From assembly GCA_951406725.2 (NCBI GenBank), contig OX597843.1, forward strand, positions 19,344,001 through 19,408,000: a DNA stretch of 64,000 nt. Direction: 5' to 3'. Positions 52,066-64,000 of the stretch are shown here, piece by piece. The notes beneath the pieces were generated by a model. That model saw nothing but the letters and a program-made list of their open reading frames with translations, did not search any database and was not told the DNA's origin. The DNA is from Octopus vulgaris. Its lineage: Eukaryota. Within the stretch, counting starts at the first letter, position 1. Each line of letters opens with the position of its first letter. Made by a program: the position numbers and the translations under genes.

Positions 52066-52834
52066 TTTTTTTTTCTTTTTATTTGTTTGTCATTTGACTG
52101 TGGCCATGCTGGAGCACCACCATTTTGTCAAACAAGTCAACCCCAGGACTTATTCTTTGTAAGCCTAGTACTTATTCTATCAGTCTCTTTTGCTGAACCG
52201 CTAAGTTATGGGGACGTAAACACATGATCGGTTCTCAAACGATGTGGGGGAGGACTAACATATGCATACACGCATACAATGGGCTTCTTTCAGTTTCCAT
52301 CTACCAAATCCACTCACAAGACTTTGGTCAGCCCGAGGCTAAACTAGAAGACACTTTCCCAAGGTTCCACATGATGGGACTGAACCTGGAACCCTGTGGT
52401 CCATAAGCAAGCTACTTACCACACAGCTACTCCTGATGATTCTTTTATTTACCACCGGGGAATTATATGAAGGGGGCATAACAAGGAGAGTTTACAATTT
52501 GTATAGGGGTTTGCATGAAAGATAAGGTTAAATGTTGTGCTGGACACCCCCAGGTAAGAAGTGGACTGGTCCACTACGAATAAATAATGGACTGAAACAA
52601 TCAGTAGTGGTGGTTGGCGAAGGTAGACCTACCAGTTCCGTAGAGATGACGAAATACGTCAAAATCATGGGACATACCAGTAAGAGAAGGAGGGTGAAAT
52701 AAGATAATGCATGAATGATGCAGTCATCTTGCTACAGGAGAAATTCCAACTAGGACCAATCGAGGAAATGTACAGATCCAGGGTTACCCTCACCATCAAC
52801 AGTATGAGCCCTTGATCAACTGTTGTTCTCTCAT

Positions 52835-53390
52835 CTTACATAAGAGAGTTGGGTGTGATTTGAGGAAGATTTGGCTGCTATTTCTACCAAGTTTAGCTAC
52901 TATGTAGAGGTTTCCCTCATTGGCTCATATACATACATGGCAGTAGGGTGTGATTTGAGGGAGATCTGGCTGCTATTTCTACCAGGCCTAGCTACCATGT
53001 AGAGGTCTCCCTCATTGGCTCACACATACATAAGAGAGTAGGGTGTGATTTGAGGGAGATTCGGCTGCTATTTCTGCCAGGCCTAGCTACCATGTAGAGG
53101 TCTCTCTTATTGGCTCATACATATATACATAGATAAGAGAGTAGGGTGTGATTTGAGGGAGATTTGGCTGCTATTTCTACCAGGTCTAGCTACCATGTAG
53201 AGGTCTCCCTCATTGGCTCATACATACATATATACATACATAAGAGAGTAGGGTGTGATTTGAGGGAGATTTGGTTGCTATTTCTACCAGCTGTAGCTAC
53301 CATGTAGAGGTCTCCCTCATTGGCTCATGCATACATACAAAACAGTAGCATGTGATTTGAGGGAAATTTTGCTGCTATTTCTAGTAAATT
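52835..53390. repeat. ~90-105-bp tandem repeat x~6
   Basis: gtagggtgtgatttgagggagatttggctgctatttctaccagg..cattggctcatac; degenerate relatives at 60570-61110 and, reversed, at 23570-23900. Confidence 0.9.
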
Positions 53391-53464
53391 GCCCTCATGT
53401 AACTGTAACAGATATTGTTATCTTTGTTGTTTTTTGTTTTTTTTCTCTCCCTTCCTTAATACAG

Positions 53465-53562
53465 GGTGGCCGTTCTGGAGGTCGTGGTGGTGCCGGAGGG
53501 ATGTTTGGTTTCGGACAAACAACAGCCAAGATTATAAAAGATGACATTGGTGTACAATTCAA
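53465..53562 (+). CDS. AFG3L2: AFG3L2-like exon 8 (Gly-rich linker before the AAA domain)
   Basis: tacag acceptor, gtatgt donor; GGRSGGRGGAGGMFGFGQTTAKIIKDDIGVQFK precedes the DVAGC motif. I did not find the next exon in the window. Confidence 0.92.
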
Positions 53563-53577
53563 GTATGTGCTTTTTGA

Positions 53578-53579
<2 letters not shown>

Positions 53580-53609
<30 letters not shown>

Positions 53610-54360
53610 AATTATTGTGTCTAATGGTCAGGTGCAACTCATCAAAGGTGCATGTACAGAACATAGAATTATGTAAAAAGTCAGGAGTCATGATATATAT
53701 GTGTGCATGTGTATGGAGGGTTTGGGATATCAGGTGCAGTGTTGGCGAATTTCTGGAAGCGTGTTTGCTGGCCCCGTGCCGGTGACACGTAAAAGCACCA
53801 TCCGTTCATGGCCGTTGTGCCAGCTCTGTCTGGCACCTGTGCAGGTGGCACGTAAAAAACACCCACTACACTCGCGGAGTGGTTGGCGTTAGGAAGGGCA
53901 TCCAGCCGTAGAAACACTGCCAAATCTGACTGGGCCTGATGAAGCCTTCCAGCTTCACAGACCCCAGTTGACCTGTCCAACCCATGCTAGCATGGAAAAC
54001 GGACGCTAAATGATGATGATGATGATGATGATGTGGAGGTCTTAAAGGATACAATGTCTCAGCAGCTAACAACTGATGCAGGTAGTTTGTTCCATGCTTC
54101 AGTAACTCTGAGTGTGAAAAAATGCCTTTGAAAGTCATGGGAGCTGTGCTGTTTTCTGACTTTGTAGGCGTGCCCACATGTGTTGGACACATGAAGCTCA
54201 AAAAGGTGCTCAAGGTGGTTGTTGGCACGATGGTTAATAATTTTATGGGTGTTTACCAAGTCAGTTGCCAGACATTGGAACTTCAATGCATCCATGCCCA
54301 GGGAAGCGAGGCGTTCAGAGTATGGTAGATGCCTGATGGAGGGGATTCGCTTGGTTGCAC
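53580..54360 (-). mobile_element. CR1 LINE 3' end interrupted by an RTE tail (53760-54033)
   Basis: YSERLASLG..FFTLRVTEAWNKLP; (TTA)n tail lies ~20 nt from the AFG3L2 exon 8 donor. Confidence 0.82.
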
Positions 54361-55149
54361 ATCTCAAGTCCTGCTGAGGTCACCTTTGCTTTTCATCCTC
54401 AAAAGATGAATACAAGTCAAGTAGCAATGGGTTGGGGCACCATACGACCACCACATGATTGGTCCACATTAATCCCTAAGGAGCATAGGGCTGGTTTTCC
54501 AGTTCTGGCATATATATATATATATTCCTGGAAGGGACGCAGGTCTGTTGCACAATTTCTCATTTTTAACTGTGTAGAATGGAGCAATGTGAAATGAAGT
54601 GTTCTGCTCAAGAACATCACCTAGCCTAGGGATTGAAACCACAGTCCTACAATCATCAGTCCAATCCCTAACCTCGAGGCCATGAGCCTCCACTTCCTGC
54701 AACACCATCCACCAAGGAATTTGTGGTCATCTGCCTAAATGATAATAATATTGCATGCCACTGGTATCTGCCATGGCTCAGAAGACCCATCAAGCCAAGC
54801 AAAATCGCAATCATGGCATTTAGGATGGTCATCTGGCCATAGAGAACATACCAAATCAGACGGGAGTTTGGTCCTGCCTTCCAGCTCGCTAACCCTGGTC
54901 AAACCAACCAATCCATTGCCAGCCCTTTCTACTAAAGGCACAAATCCTGGAATTTTGGAGAAGTGGGTAAGTCGATTACATTGACCCCAGTACATAACTG
55001 GTACTTAATTTATCAACTCCAAAAGGATGAAAGGCAAAGTCAACCTTGGTGGAATTTGAACAAAATACCGCTAAGCATTTCATCTGGCAGCTAACGATTC
55101 TGCCAGTTCGCCACTTTAATAATAATAATGATTATTATTGTTATTAGGA

Positions 55150-55500
55150 AATTTGAAGTTGAGGGTGGAGAGGGAGGTGTTGAAAGGTGGGTGAATGTAG
55201 GAAGAAGGCCCTGTGTGAAAGGACAAATTCTGAGAAATAAAAGAAGGGCCCTTGCCCTGTCACTCATGAACCCATGGGTTTTGTGGGTTTTCCCACAAGG
55301 ACCTGAAAGCACCTCCCCTATTGGGAGTTTTTATTTGTTTAATTTACTTGTTTTTTTATTGTTAAAAAGCCGTAAAACCCATTGTATCGTCTCGTTTTTG
55401 TTTTTTATGTTGTTGCATGTCATTTAATGTTCTTTTATGTGAGCCCTTGTGGCTAATAAAATAATTAATTATTATTAATTAATTATATAATTAATTATTA
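55150..55500 (+). mobile_element. Tx1/L1-like LINE 3' end
   Basis: VERWVNV..G end of ORF, T-rich 3' UTR, gagcccttgtggctaataaa tail. Confidence 0.5.
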
Positions 55501-56302
55501 TTAAAAGCACCATCCGTTCGTGTCCGTTGCCAGCCTCGCCTGGCCCCCGTGCCGGTGACACGTAAAAGCACCATCCGTTTCATGGCCGTTTGCCAGCTCT
55601 GTCTGGCACCTGTGCGGGTGGCACGTAAAAAGCACCCACTACACTCACGGAGTGGTTGGCGTTAGGAAGGGCATCCAGCCGTAGAAACACTGCCAGATCT
55701 GACTGGGCCTGATGAAGCCTTCCAGCTTCACAGACCCCAGTTGAACCGTCCAACCCATGCTAGCATGGAAAACGGACGCTAAATGATGATGATGATGATG
55801 ATTATTGCTATTATAATAAGGACTGTGAGTGGGCAGAATTCTTAAGAGAATTGAAAAAAAGCCATTCGTGCCACACCTGGTGGTATATGTTCTGAGCTCA
55901 AATCCCACTGATTTCAGCTTTGTCTGTCATCCTCTGGGGTTGATAAAAAAAAAAAAACAGAAAGTACCAGTTCAACACTGGGATCAGTGTAAGCCCCCCC
56001 TCACCCGCTTCATGTTAGACTTTATGCTTAGAGTAGAAAGGACCACTATTTTATTTATTATTATTATTAAGGTGGTGAGCTGGTAGAATCGTTTGCACCC
56101 CAGGAAAAATGCTTAGCAGTATTTCGTTTGTCCTTACATTCCGGGTTCAAATTCCACTGAAGTCAACTTTGCTTAGTACCCTTTCAGGGCCAGTTGAGCA
56201 CTAGGTTCAATATAATTTACTTGCCCACTCCCTCAAAACTACTGGACTTGTATCCAAATTTCAAACCATCATCATCATTATTATTATTATTATTATTATT
56301 AA

Positions 56303-57278
56303 CCCTTTCGTTACCGTATTTATTTTGAGATGCTCTGTGTTTCTTTCAATTACTTTAAATATAACAAAGAATTTAGTAAAATAACTTAGTTATCATTCAG
56401 CTAGTATTAGGAACATAAATTGTGACTAAGGTTTGGTGGAAGATTTTAATTCAGAACTTTTGAAAACAAGACATTTGTACTAAGGAGCCAGAGCTGGCTT
56501 CAGCCAGGTTGGTATCAAAAGGGTTAAGAATTATTTCTCTATTATATATCTTAACCATTTTGTTACCATATTTCTGTTGAGATGCTCTGTGTTTCTTTCA
56601 ATTACTTTAAATATAACAAAGAATTTAGTAAAATAACTTAGTTATCATTCAGCTAGTATTAGGAACATAAATTGTGACTAAGGTTTGGTGGAAGATTTTA
56701 ATTCAGAACTTTTGAAAACAAGACATTTGTACTAAGGAACCAGAGCTGGCTTCAGCCAGGTTGGTATCAAAAGGTTAAGAATTATTTCTCTATTATATAT
56801 CTTAACCATTTTGTTACCATATTTCTGTTGAGATGCTCTGTGTTTCTTTCAATTACTTTAAATATAACAAAGAATTTAGTAAAATAACTTAGTTATCATT
56901 CAGCTAGTATTAGGAACATAAATTGTGACTAAGGTTTGGTGGAAGATTTTAATTCAGAACTTTTGAAAACAAGACATTTGTACTAAGGAGCCAGAGCTGG
57001 CTTCAGCCAGGTTGGTATCAAAAGGGTTAAGAATTATTTCTCTATTATATATCTTAACCATTTTGTTACCATATTTCTGTTGAGATGCTCTGTGTTTCTT
57101 TCAATTACTTTAAATATAACAAAGAATTTAGTAAAATAACTTAGTTATCATTCAGCTAGTATTAGGAACATAAATTGTGACTAAGGTTTGGTGGAAGATT
57201 TTAATTCAGAACTTTTGAAAACAAGACATTTGTACTAAGGAGCCAGAGGTGGTTTCAGTCGGGTTGGTCACGAAAGGG
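56303..57278. mobile_element. Tandem array of four piggyBac-like MITEs (~252-bp period)
   Basis: TTAA-ccctttcgttacc ... ggtcacgaaaggg-TTAA; units near-identical. Confidence 0.85.
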
Positions 57279-60200
57279 TTAAAGGTGGCCAGCTGGCAAA
57301 ATCGTTAGCATGCTGGGCAAAATGCTTGGCAGTATTTTGTCTGTGGCTATATTCTGTGTTCAAATTCCACCAAGCTTGACTTTGCCTTTTGTCCTTTCGT
57401 GGTCGATAAAATAAGTACCAGTTGAACACTGGGAGTTGATTTAACCAACTCATCCCCTCCCCCGAAATTGCTGCCCTTGTGGCAAAATTTGAAACCATTA
57501 TTATTATTATTATTATCAAGGCAGCGAGCTGACAGAATTGTTTGCTTAGTGGCATACGTCTGTCTTCGTAGTCAAATTCCACCAAGGCCAATTTCACTTT
57601 TCAACCTTTCAGAGTTGATAAATTAAGTACCAGTGGTACACTGGGGTTGATGTAAGCAACTAATCCCCTCCCCCAAAATTTCAGGCCTTGTGCCTTGAGT
57701 AGAAAAGATTATTATCATCATCATCATCATCATCAAGGTGGCTGGCTGACAGACTCATTTGCATGCCAGGCTCCTTAGTGGTATTTTGCCTGCCTTTATA
57801 TTCTGAGTTCAAATTCCCCTGAGGTCAACTATCTAATCCTTCTGGGGTCAATAAATTAAGTACCAATGAAACACTGGGGTTGATGTAATCAATTTATCCC
57901 CTTTGCCAAATTTAAAGCCTTGTGTCCATCGTAGAGAGGATTGAAATCGATCAATGGAAATTGCAGATGTGTTACCAGTGCCGGTGGCATGTAAGAGAAC
58001 TTTCCGTTTCGCGACCGTTCCCAGCACCGCCCTGTTTCGTGTCCGTTGCCAGCCTCGCCTGGCCCTCGTGCCGGTGGCACATAAAAAGCACCATCCGTTC
58101 GTGGCCGTTTGCCAGCTCTGTCTGGCACCAGTGCGGGTGGCATGTAAAAAGCACCCACTACACTCACGGAGTGGTTGGCGTTAGGAAGGGCATCCAGCCA
58201 TAGAAACACTGCCAGATTTGACTGGGCCTGATGGAGCCTTCTGGCTTCACAGACCCCAGTAGAACCGTCCAACCCATGCTAGCATGGAAAACGGACGCTA
58301 AACGATGATGATGATGATGATGAAGGTAGCAAACTAGCAGAATTGTTGCCAGACAAAATGCCAAGGAGCATTCTGAGTTCAATAACTTGGATAAATTATC
58401 CCATTAGCACCCCTGGTCCTTTTTTGGGGGGCCAGGAAGATAATCCATCATATTTCTGTAGCGTCTGTATTTTTCTAATATATTTTTAGTTGGTCACCAA
58501 GACTGGAGTCTTTTAGCAGAAAGAATTAATGTTAAGAAAATTGTAGTTGTGGCTGATGCCAGTGCTGCCTGCCTGGCTGGCTCCCGTGCTGGTGGCACGC
58601 AATAAGCACCATGCATGGATCGTTGCCAGTGCCACCTGACTGGCTCCCTGTACCAGTGGCCCATAAAAAGCACCATTCCAACGTGGTCGATGCCAGCCTT
58701 CTTGCTCCGACTGGCTCCTGTGCTGCTGGCACCCACTACACTCTCAGAGTGGTTGGCATTAGGAAGGGCATCCAGCGGTAGAAACTCTGCCAGATTAGAT
58801 TGGAGCCCGGTACAGCCTACTGGCTTGCCAGTCCCAAGTCAAACTGCCCAACCCATGCCAGCATGGAAAACGGACGTTAAACGATGATGACGTGAGCTGA
58901 CAAAAGCACCAAACAAAATTCTCAACAGCACCTCTTTGGGTGCATTAGATCCAGAGTTCAAATTCTGCCGAGACCAACTTTGCCTGTTCTCTTTTAAGGG
59001 TCAATAAAATTAAGTAGCAGCCAGGTGATAAGGCTGATGTTACTATTACTACTACTATAGTTCCTTATTTAGGCACAGGGCCAGAAATTTTATGGGTAGG
59101 GGCTTACATCAACCTCATTACGTGACTGGTATTTTATCAGTCCTGAACGGATGAAAGACAAAAGTCGACCTCAGTGAGATAAATTAGAATGTTATGGAAG
59201 ACACTCTAAGCACAAACCTTAACTTGCTTGTGAGTGACTTAGGGCCGAAAAAGGCTAGTTGGGGAGGGGTTCACCTTGACTGCAAATCAAGGAGCAAAGT
59301 CGTCCTTCAGGTGGTTTGGTTCAGTGCCCGCTTTGACATCGGTCCAGTAATTCCAGGATCTATGGAGTTCTCCATACACGGTCATATATCTTAGAGATTT
59401 CTTGCAGATCGAGCGACCGCATCAGCGGAGAACTTTGTGCTTGGTTGTAAAATACCTGGGATGATTTCAAATTAGATTTTGGAAGAAAATAGCATTGGTT
59501 CAAGTTGTGGGGTTTTCAGCGTTAATCCATATAAAGAGGTAAAATTAGGGGTTATGAATAATTATGTATTTCTTTATTGCCCACTGGAGGCTAAACAAAA
59601 GGGACACACAAGAACAGACAAAAAGATTAAGTCAATTATATCAACCCCAGTGCGCAGGAGTGGCTGTGTGGTAAGAAGCTTGTTTACCAACCACATGGTT
59701 CCGGGTTCAGTCCCACTGCGTGGCACCTTGGACAAGTGTCTTCTACTATAGCCTCGTGCCAACCAAAGCCTTGTGAGTGGATTTGGTAGACGGAAACTGA
59801 AAGAAGCCTGTCGTATATATGTATATATATATGTATGCGTGTGTGTTTGTGTGTCTGTGTTTGTCCCCCTAGCATTGCTTGACAACCGATGCTGGTGTGT
59901 TTATGTTCCCGTTACTTAGCGGTTCAGCAAAAAAGACAGATAGAATAAGTACCGGGCTTACAAAAGAATAAGTCCCAGGGTCGAGTTGCTCGATTAAAGG
60001 CGGTGCTCCAGCATGGCTGCAGTCAAATGACTGAAACAAGTAAAAGAGAGTAACTGGTACTTATTTAATCGACCCAGAAAGGATGAAAGGCAATGTCGAC
60101 CTTGGCGGAATTTGAACTCAGAACGTAGCAGCAGACGAAATACCGCTAAGCATTTCGCCCAGCGCGCTAACCATTCGGCCAGCTCGCCGCCCTCAAATAC

Positions 60201-61328
60201 TAAAAACTAGAAAAGTCGAGAGGTTTTCAAGATTTAGATACGCCAACATTTTCACAAAGTTACCTCCCTTAGTTTTAAGGCCGGACTAACTGGTTACCTC
60301 CCTTGATTTTGAGGTGATGAATAATTTAACTGACCTTTGGAGGTCAGTTGCTGCTGTTTAGCCCCAGGCCAACACTGATCCTGTTGTAATCCAATTTGTT
60401 TTATATTTTGACTTAGTGCATCTGGGATTACATTGTATGACCTTACTTTTAGTTTGTTTTTTTTTTTAGCCCAGGGTCACTCCTAACCTAGCAGGCACTA
60501 TAATCAAAGATGTTCCAGCCATGACTGTCTCGTCTAACTAAGGACTCAAATACCAAATATATACCTTTTTTAGCATGCTAGAATGTCATTTGAGGGAGAT
60601 TTTAGTTGCTATTTTTAACACAGGCTTTTTCTTACCTTTCAGTCATAGTCCACCTTGGACCTCACTATCAAATGTCTTATTTAAGAGAGTAGATTATTTC
60701 AAGGAGAATTTGGTTTCTATCTCTAGCATAGCTTGCTACCCAGTAGAGGTTTCTCATTTTCTCAAGAGTTTACCTTGGATTACATTATCTAGTGTGCTCT
60801 TATTTAAGAAGGTAGTCAGTTATTAAAAAAAGTATTAGCTGTTGTTTCTAGAATAGAGAGTGACTACATAGGGGCTGTATATATTCCTGGCACAGTCCAC
60901 CTTAGAAACAATCCCCTGTGTATCATTTTTAACAGATCTGTACAGTGTGATTTGAGGGAGAATTGGCTGTTATTTCTAACATAGCATGTTCCTATATAGG
61001 AGCTTCTTATTCCCATGACACAGTCCACCTTGGAAACAATAATCCCAAATATCTCATTTTCCACAAATCTATACAGTGTCATTCGAGGGAAGAATTGGCT
61101 GCTGTTTCTAGCATGTGTGTGTGCATGGATGTATGTATGTATATTCTTTTACTTGTTTCAGTCTTTGACTGCGGCCATGCTGGAGCACCGCATTTAGTCG
61201 AGCAAATCGACCCCAGGACTTATTCTTTGTAAGCCCGGTACTTATTCTATCGGTCTCTTTTGCCGGACCGCTAAGTTACGGGGACGTAAGCACACCAGCA
61301 TCGGTTGTCAAGCGATGTTGGGGGACAG

Positions 61329-61390
<62 letters not shown>

Positions 61391-61625
61391 CCGATCGTGA
61401 CCGATGCCGGACCCCCCGGCCCCTGTGCAGGTGGCACGTAAAAAGCACCCAATCCACTCACGGAGTGGTTGGCATTAGGAAGGGCATCCAGCCGTAGAAA
61501 CTCTGCCAAAATCAGACTGGAGCCTGGAGCGGCCCCTGACTTCCCAGACCCCGGTCGAACCGTCCAACCCGTGCTAGCGCGGAAAACGGACGTTAAACAA
61601 TGATGATGATATATATATATATATA

Positions 61626-62940
61626 TCATCATCATTGTTTAGCGTCTGCTTTCCATGGGTTGGACGGTTCAACTGGGGTTTGGGAAGCCAGAAGGCTGCA
61701 CCAAGCCCAGTCTGATCTGGTAGCGTTTCTACAGCTGGATGCACGGAAGCCAGGCGAAGCTAGCAATGGCTATGATCAGATGGTGTTTTTTGACGTGCCA
61801 CTGGAACAGGTGGCCAGTCGGGCAGCGCTGGCTACGGCCACGTTTGGATGGTTCCCTTACGTGCCACTGGCACTGGTTTCACAACTACAAATTCCATTGA
61901 AGTTGATCGATTTTGATTTTGATTTTCACTTGCCTCAACAGGTCTTCACAAGTAGAGTTTCGTGTTGGGAAGGTATGCATAGGTGGGCTTACTACGTCCC
62001 AGGTAGAGGCCACGGGTTATGGCCTCACTTGTCCTGCCGGGTCTTCTCACGCACAGCATACTTATCAAAGGTCTCGGTCTCTGGTCATTTCCTTGGTGAG
62101 ACTTAAAGATCGGAGGTTGTGCTTCACCACCTCGTCCCAGGTTTTCCTGGGTCCACCTCTTCCACAGGTTCCCTTAACACTAGGGTGTGGCACTTTTTCA
62201 CACAACTATCTTCATCCATTCTCACCACATGACCATACCAGCGCAGTCTTCTCTCTTGCACACCACAACTGATGCTTCTTAGGTCCAACATTTCTCTCAA
62301 GGTACTTACACTCTATCGAGTATGAATACTGACATTACACATCCATCGGATCATACCGGTTTCATTCCTTGCGAGCTTACGCATATCCTCAGCAGTCACA
62401 GCCCATGTTTCACTGCCATGTAGCATGGCTGTTCGTACACACGCATCATACAGTCTGCCTTTTATTCTGAGCAAGAGGCCTTTTATCACCAGCAGAAGTA
62501 AAAGCTCTCTGAACTTTGCCCAAGCTATTCTTACTCTAGCAGTTACACTTTCAGCACACCCGCCCCCGCTACTGACTTGGTCACCTAGGTAACAGAAGCT
62601 ATCAACAATTTCTAGTTTTTCTCCCTGAAAAGTGGCGGAAGTTGGTCTCTGTGCATTTTCAGTGTTTATTGCTCCTGAGCGTCTGCCACATACAAAAACT
62701 ATCTTCCCAGTTAGCCTTCCTTTGACATTGCTGCACTTCTTATATGTCCATAGCTTACACTTGGTGCATCTTATAGAGTTTCTACCTACGCCTTTTCTAT
62801 AGATCGAGCAGGGCCATCTGTGGTTTGTCTACCTTCCTACTTAGTAGGACTTTGGTTTTAGCTAGATTGACTCTAAGGCCCTTCGATCGCTAATCCTTGC
62901 TTCCACACCTGAAACTTCTCCAGTTCTGATAATGACTCAG
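61626..62940 (-). mobile_element. 5'-truncated RTE LINE including the complete 3' UTR and (GAT)n tail
   Basis: The ORF2 C-terminal half is contiguous with the abundant aggaagggcatccag...gacgttaaacgatgatgat-type repeat, showing that this repeat is the LINE 3' end. Confidence 0.88.
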
Positions 62941-63149
62941 CAATATATATATATCTATATATATAAAACTCAACTTGTGTGTCTGTGTGTTTAACTTCCC
63001 GGCACATCTCCTCCTAGCCAACAAATTGTAGAACCACCAAAAATGGGTCACTTAAATTTTAGGCGAATGAAAATTGAACTGCGCTATTTCTGTTCCGAAA
63101 TTCATCTTGCAAGTGCAAAAATCGATAATGTGTTTGTTTAGGCCTTATC

Positions 63150-64000
63150 CCATGGTGGGGGGGTGGGGATTACAACATTACAACCGTGTTTCGTGGTCTG
63201 CTACCACAACAGCTCCTTTATAGGATCCAGTTAACTCAAGACATCATCAGGAGGAACCACGTCTTGTTTCGGCCCCTACTCCTCTACAGTTTTGACGTGG
63301 CGGGACCCCTCCTTTTGGAGGTGTCTTCAGCTCTGGTGTTGGGTACATGTCTTCGTTCTTCTTTTCCCTGGCCTCTTCGATGTATCGTCAGCTGGTGACT
63401 GACTGTCTTGTCAAATTTCTCTCTTTAAATACCTGCCACATAGCCCCAGCTACTTGTCACATGACACTGTCTCACCTTAACTGACTAGAGAAGGCGCGTA
63501 GTTTTAGCCCGCGCTTTTTCTAAACGACCATCACCATCACCTGTCAGTCAGCGAAGCTGATTCAGTCAGCCAGTCTCACCTATTGATGTTATTTCCCGTC
63601 GGTTTGTTTATGATTTTCAAGCCATTTTCGGTCTTCCCGCTTCAGCCATATATAGAAGCTGGCTTTTTCGACCGCCTCCTGTACTCTCCTTATTAGTCCA
63701 CGCAGCTCGGGGCTAGAAACAACAAATCTTCTTTTGAAAAGCGTTGTCATTTTCCTTTCAATGAAGCCTCTAGCCCCCACTGCCAGGTGATAATATTCGA
63801 CATTCCATCCCTGTTCTCTGCATTCTTCGATTAGCTTTTCATACCTCCTCACCTTTCGTTCCTCGGCATTGCCGATGTTCTCTTCCCAAGGTACTGTCAG
63901 TTCTAGTAAAATTCCCATTCCCCGGTCTCTGTTCCATAGAACTAAGTCCGGTCTTTTTGTTGCTTTTATTAGTGGAAATACTACTTGTCTTTCCAAGTCC
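63150..64000 (-). mobile_element. RLE-type non-LTR retrotransposon (HERO/R2-group): ORF C-terminus and 3' UTR
   Basis: ORF 63589-63996 has KRPDLVLW..LLELTVPWEEN..EERKVRRY..VGARGF, a restriction-like endonuclease. It runs off the window edge. Confidence 0.85.

Noticed and set aside
63235-63330. Hammerhead-like words (CUGUAGA, GAAAC, CUGAUGA) in the HERO-like 3' UTR, minus strand
   Set aside because: A ccacguc/gacgugg stem exists, but I could not build stem III with a UH site in any topology; an Infernal search would settle it.

Overview
Repeat-saturated eukaryotic (animal) genomic DNA. The SINE/LINE families and the (TA)n/(CAT)n load strongly suggest an octopus (coleoid cephalopod), which is an inference from recognised repeats. 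I found two divergently transcribed, intron-rich genes. On the minus strand are the first two coding exons of a NOP9-like (Pumilio-repeat nucleolar protein 9) gene (7423-7564, 1333-1866). On the plus strand are eight N-terminal coding exons of an AFG3L2-like mitochondrial m-AAA protease gene (21453 to 53562), all GT-AG and phase-consistent. Most of the rest is transposon-derived: several tRNA-derived SINE families, RTE LINEs (with a PHD-like finger inside the RT region), RTE-BovB, CR1, Tx1/L1-like and HERO/R2-like fragments, Tc1/mariner remnants, Merlin-like and piggyBac-like MITEs, Helitron/Helentron-like elements, many young tandem arrays and microsatellites. The most notable hidden signal is a set of short fold-back (inverted-repeat) elements, mostly beside (TA)n tracts, carrying minimal type-I hammerhead ribozyme motifs of Penelope-like/retrozyme type. 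One of them is in sense orientation in an AFG3L2 intron. There is no prokaryotic-type system, and most ORFs in the track are microsatellite or repeat artefacts.
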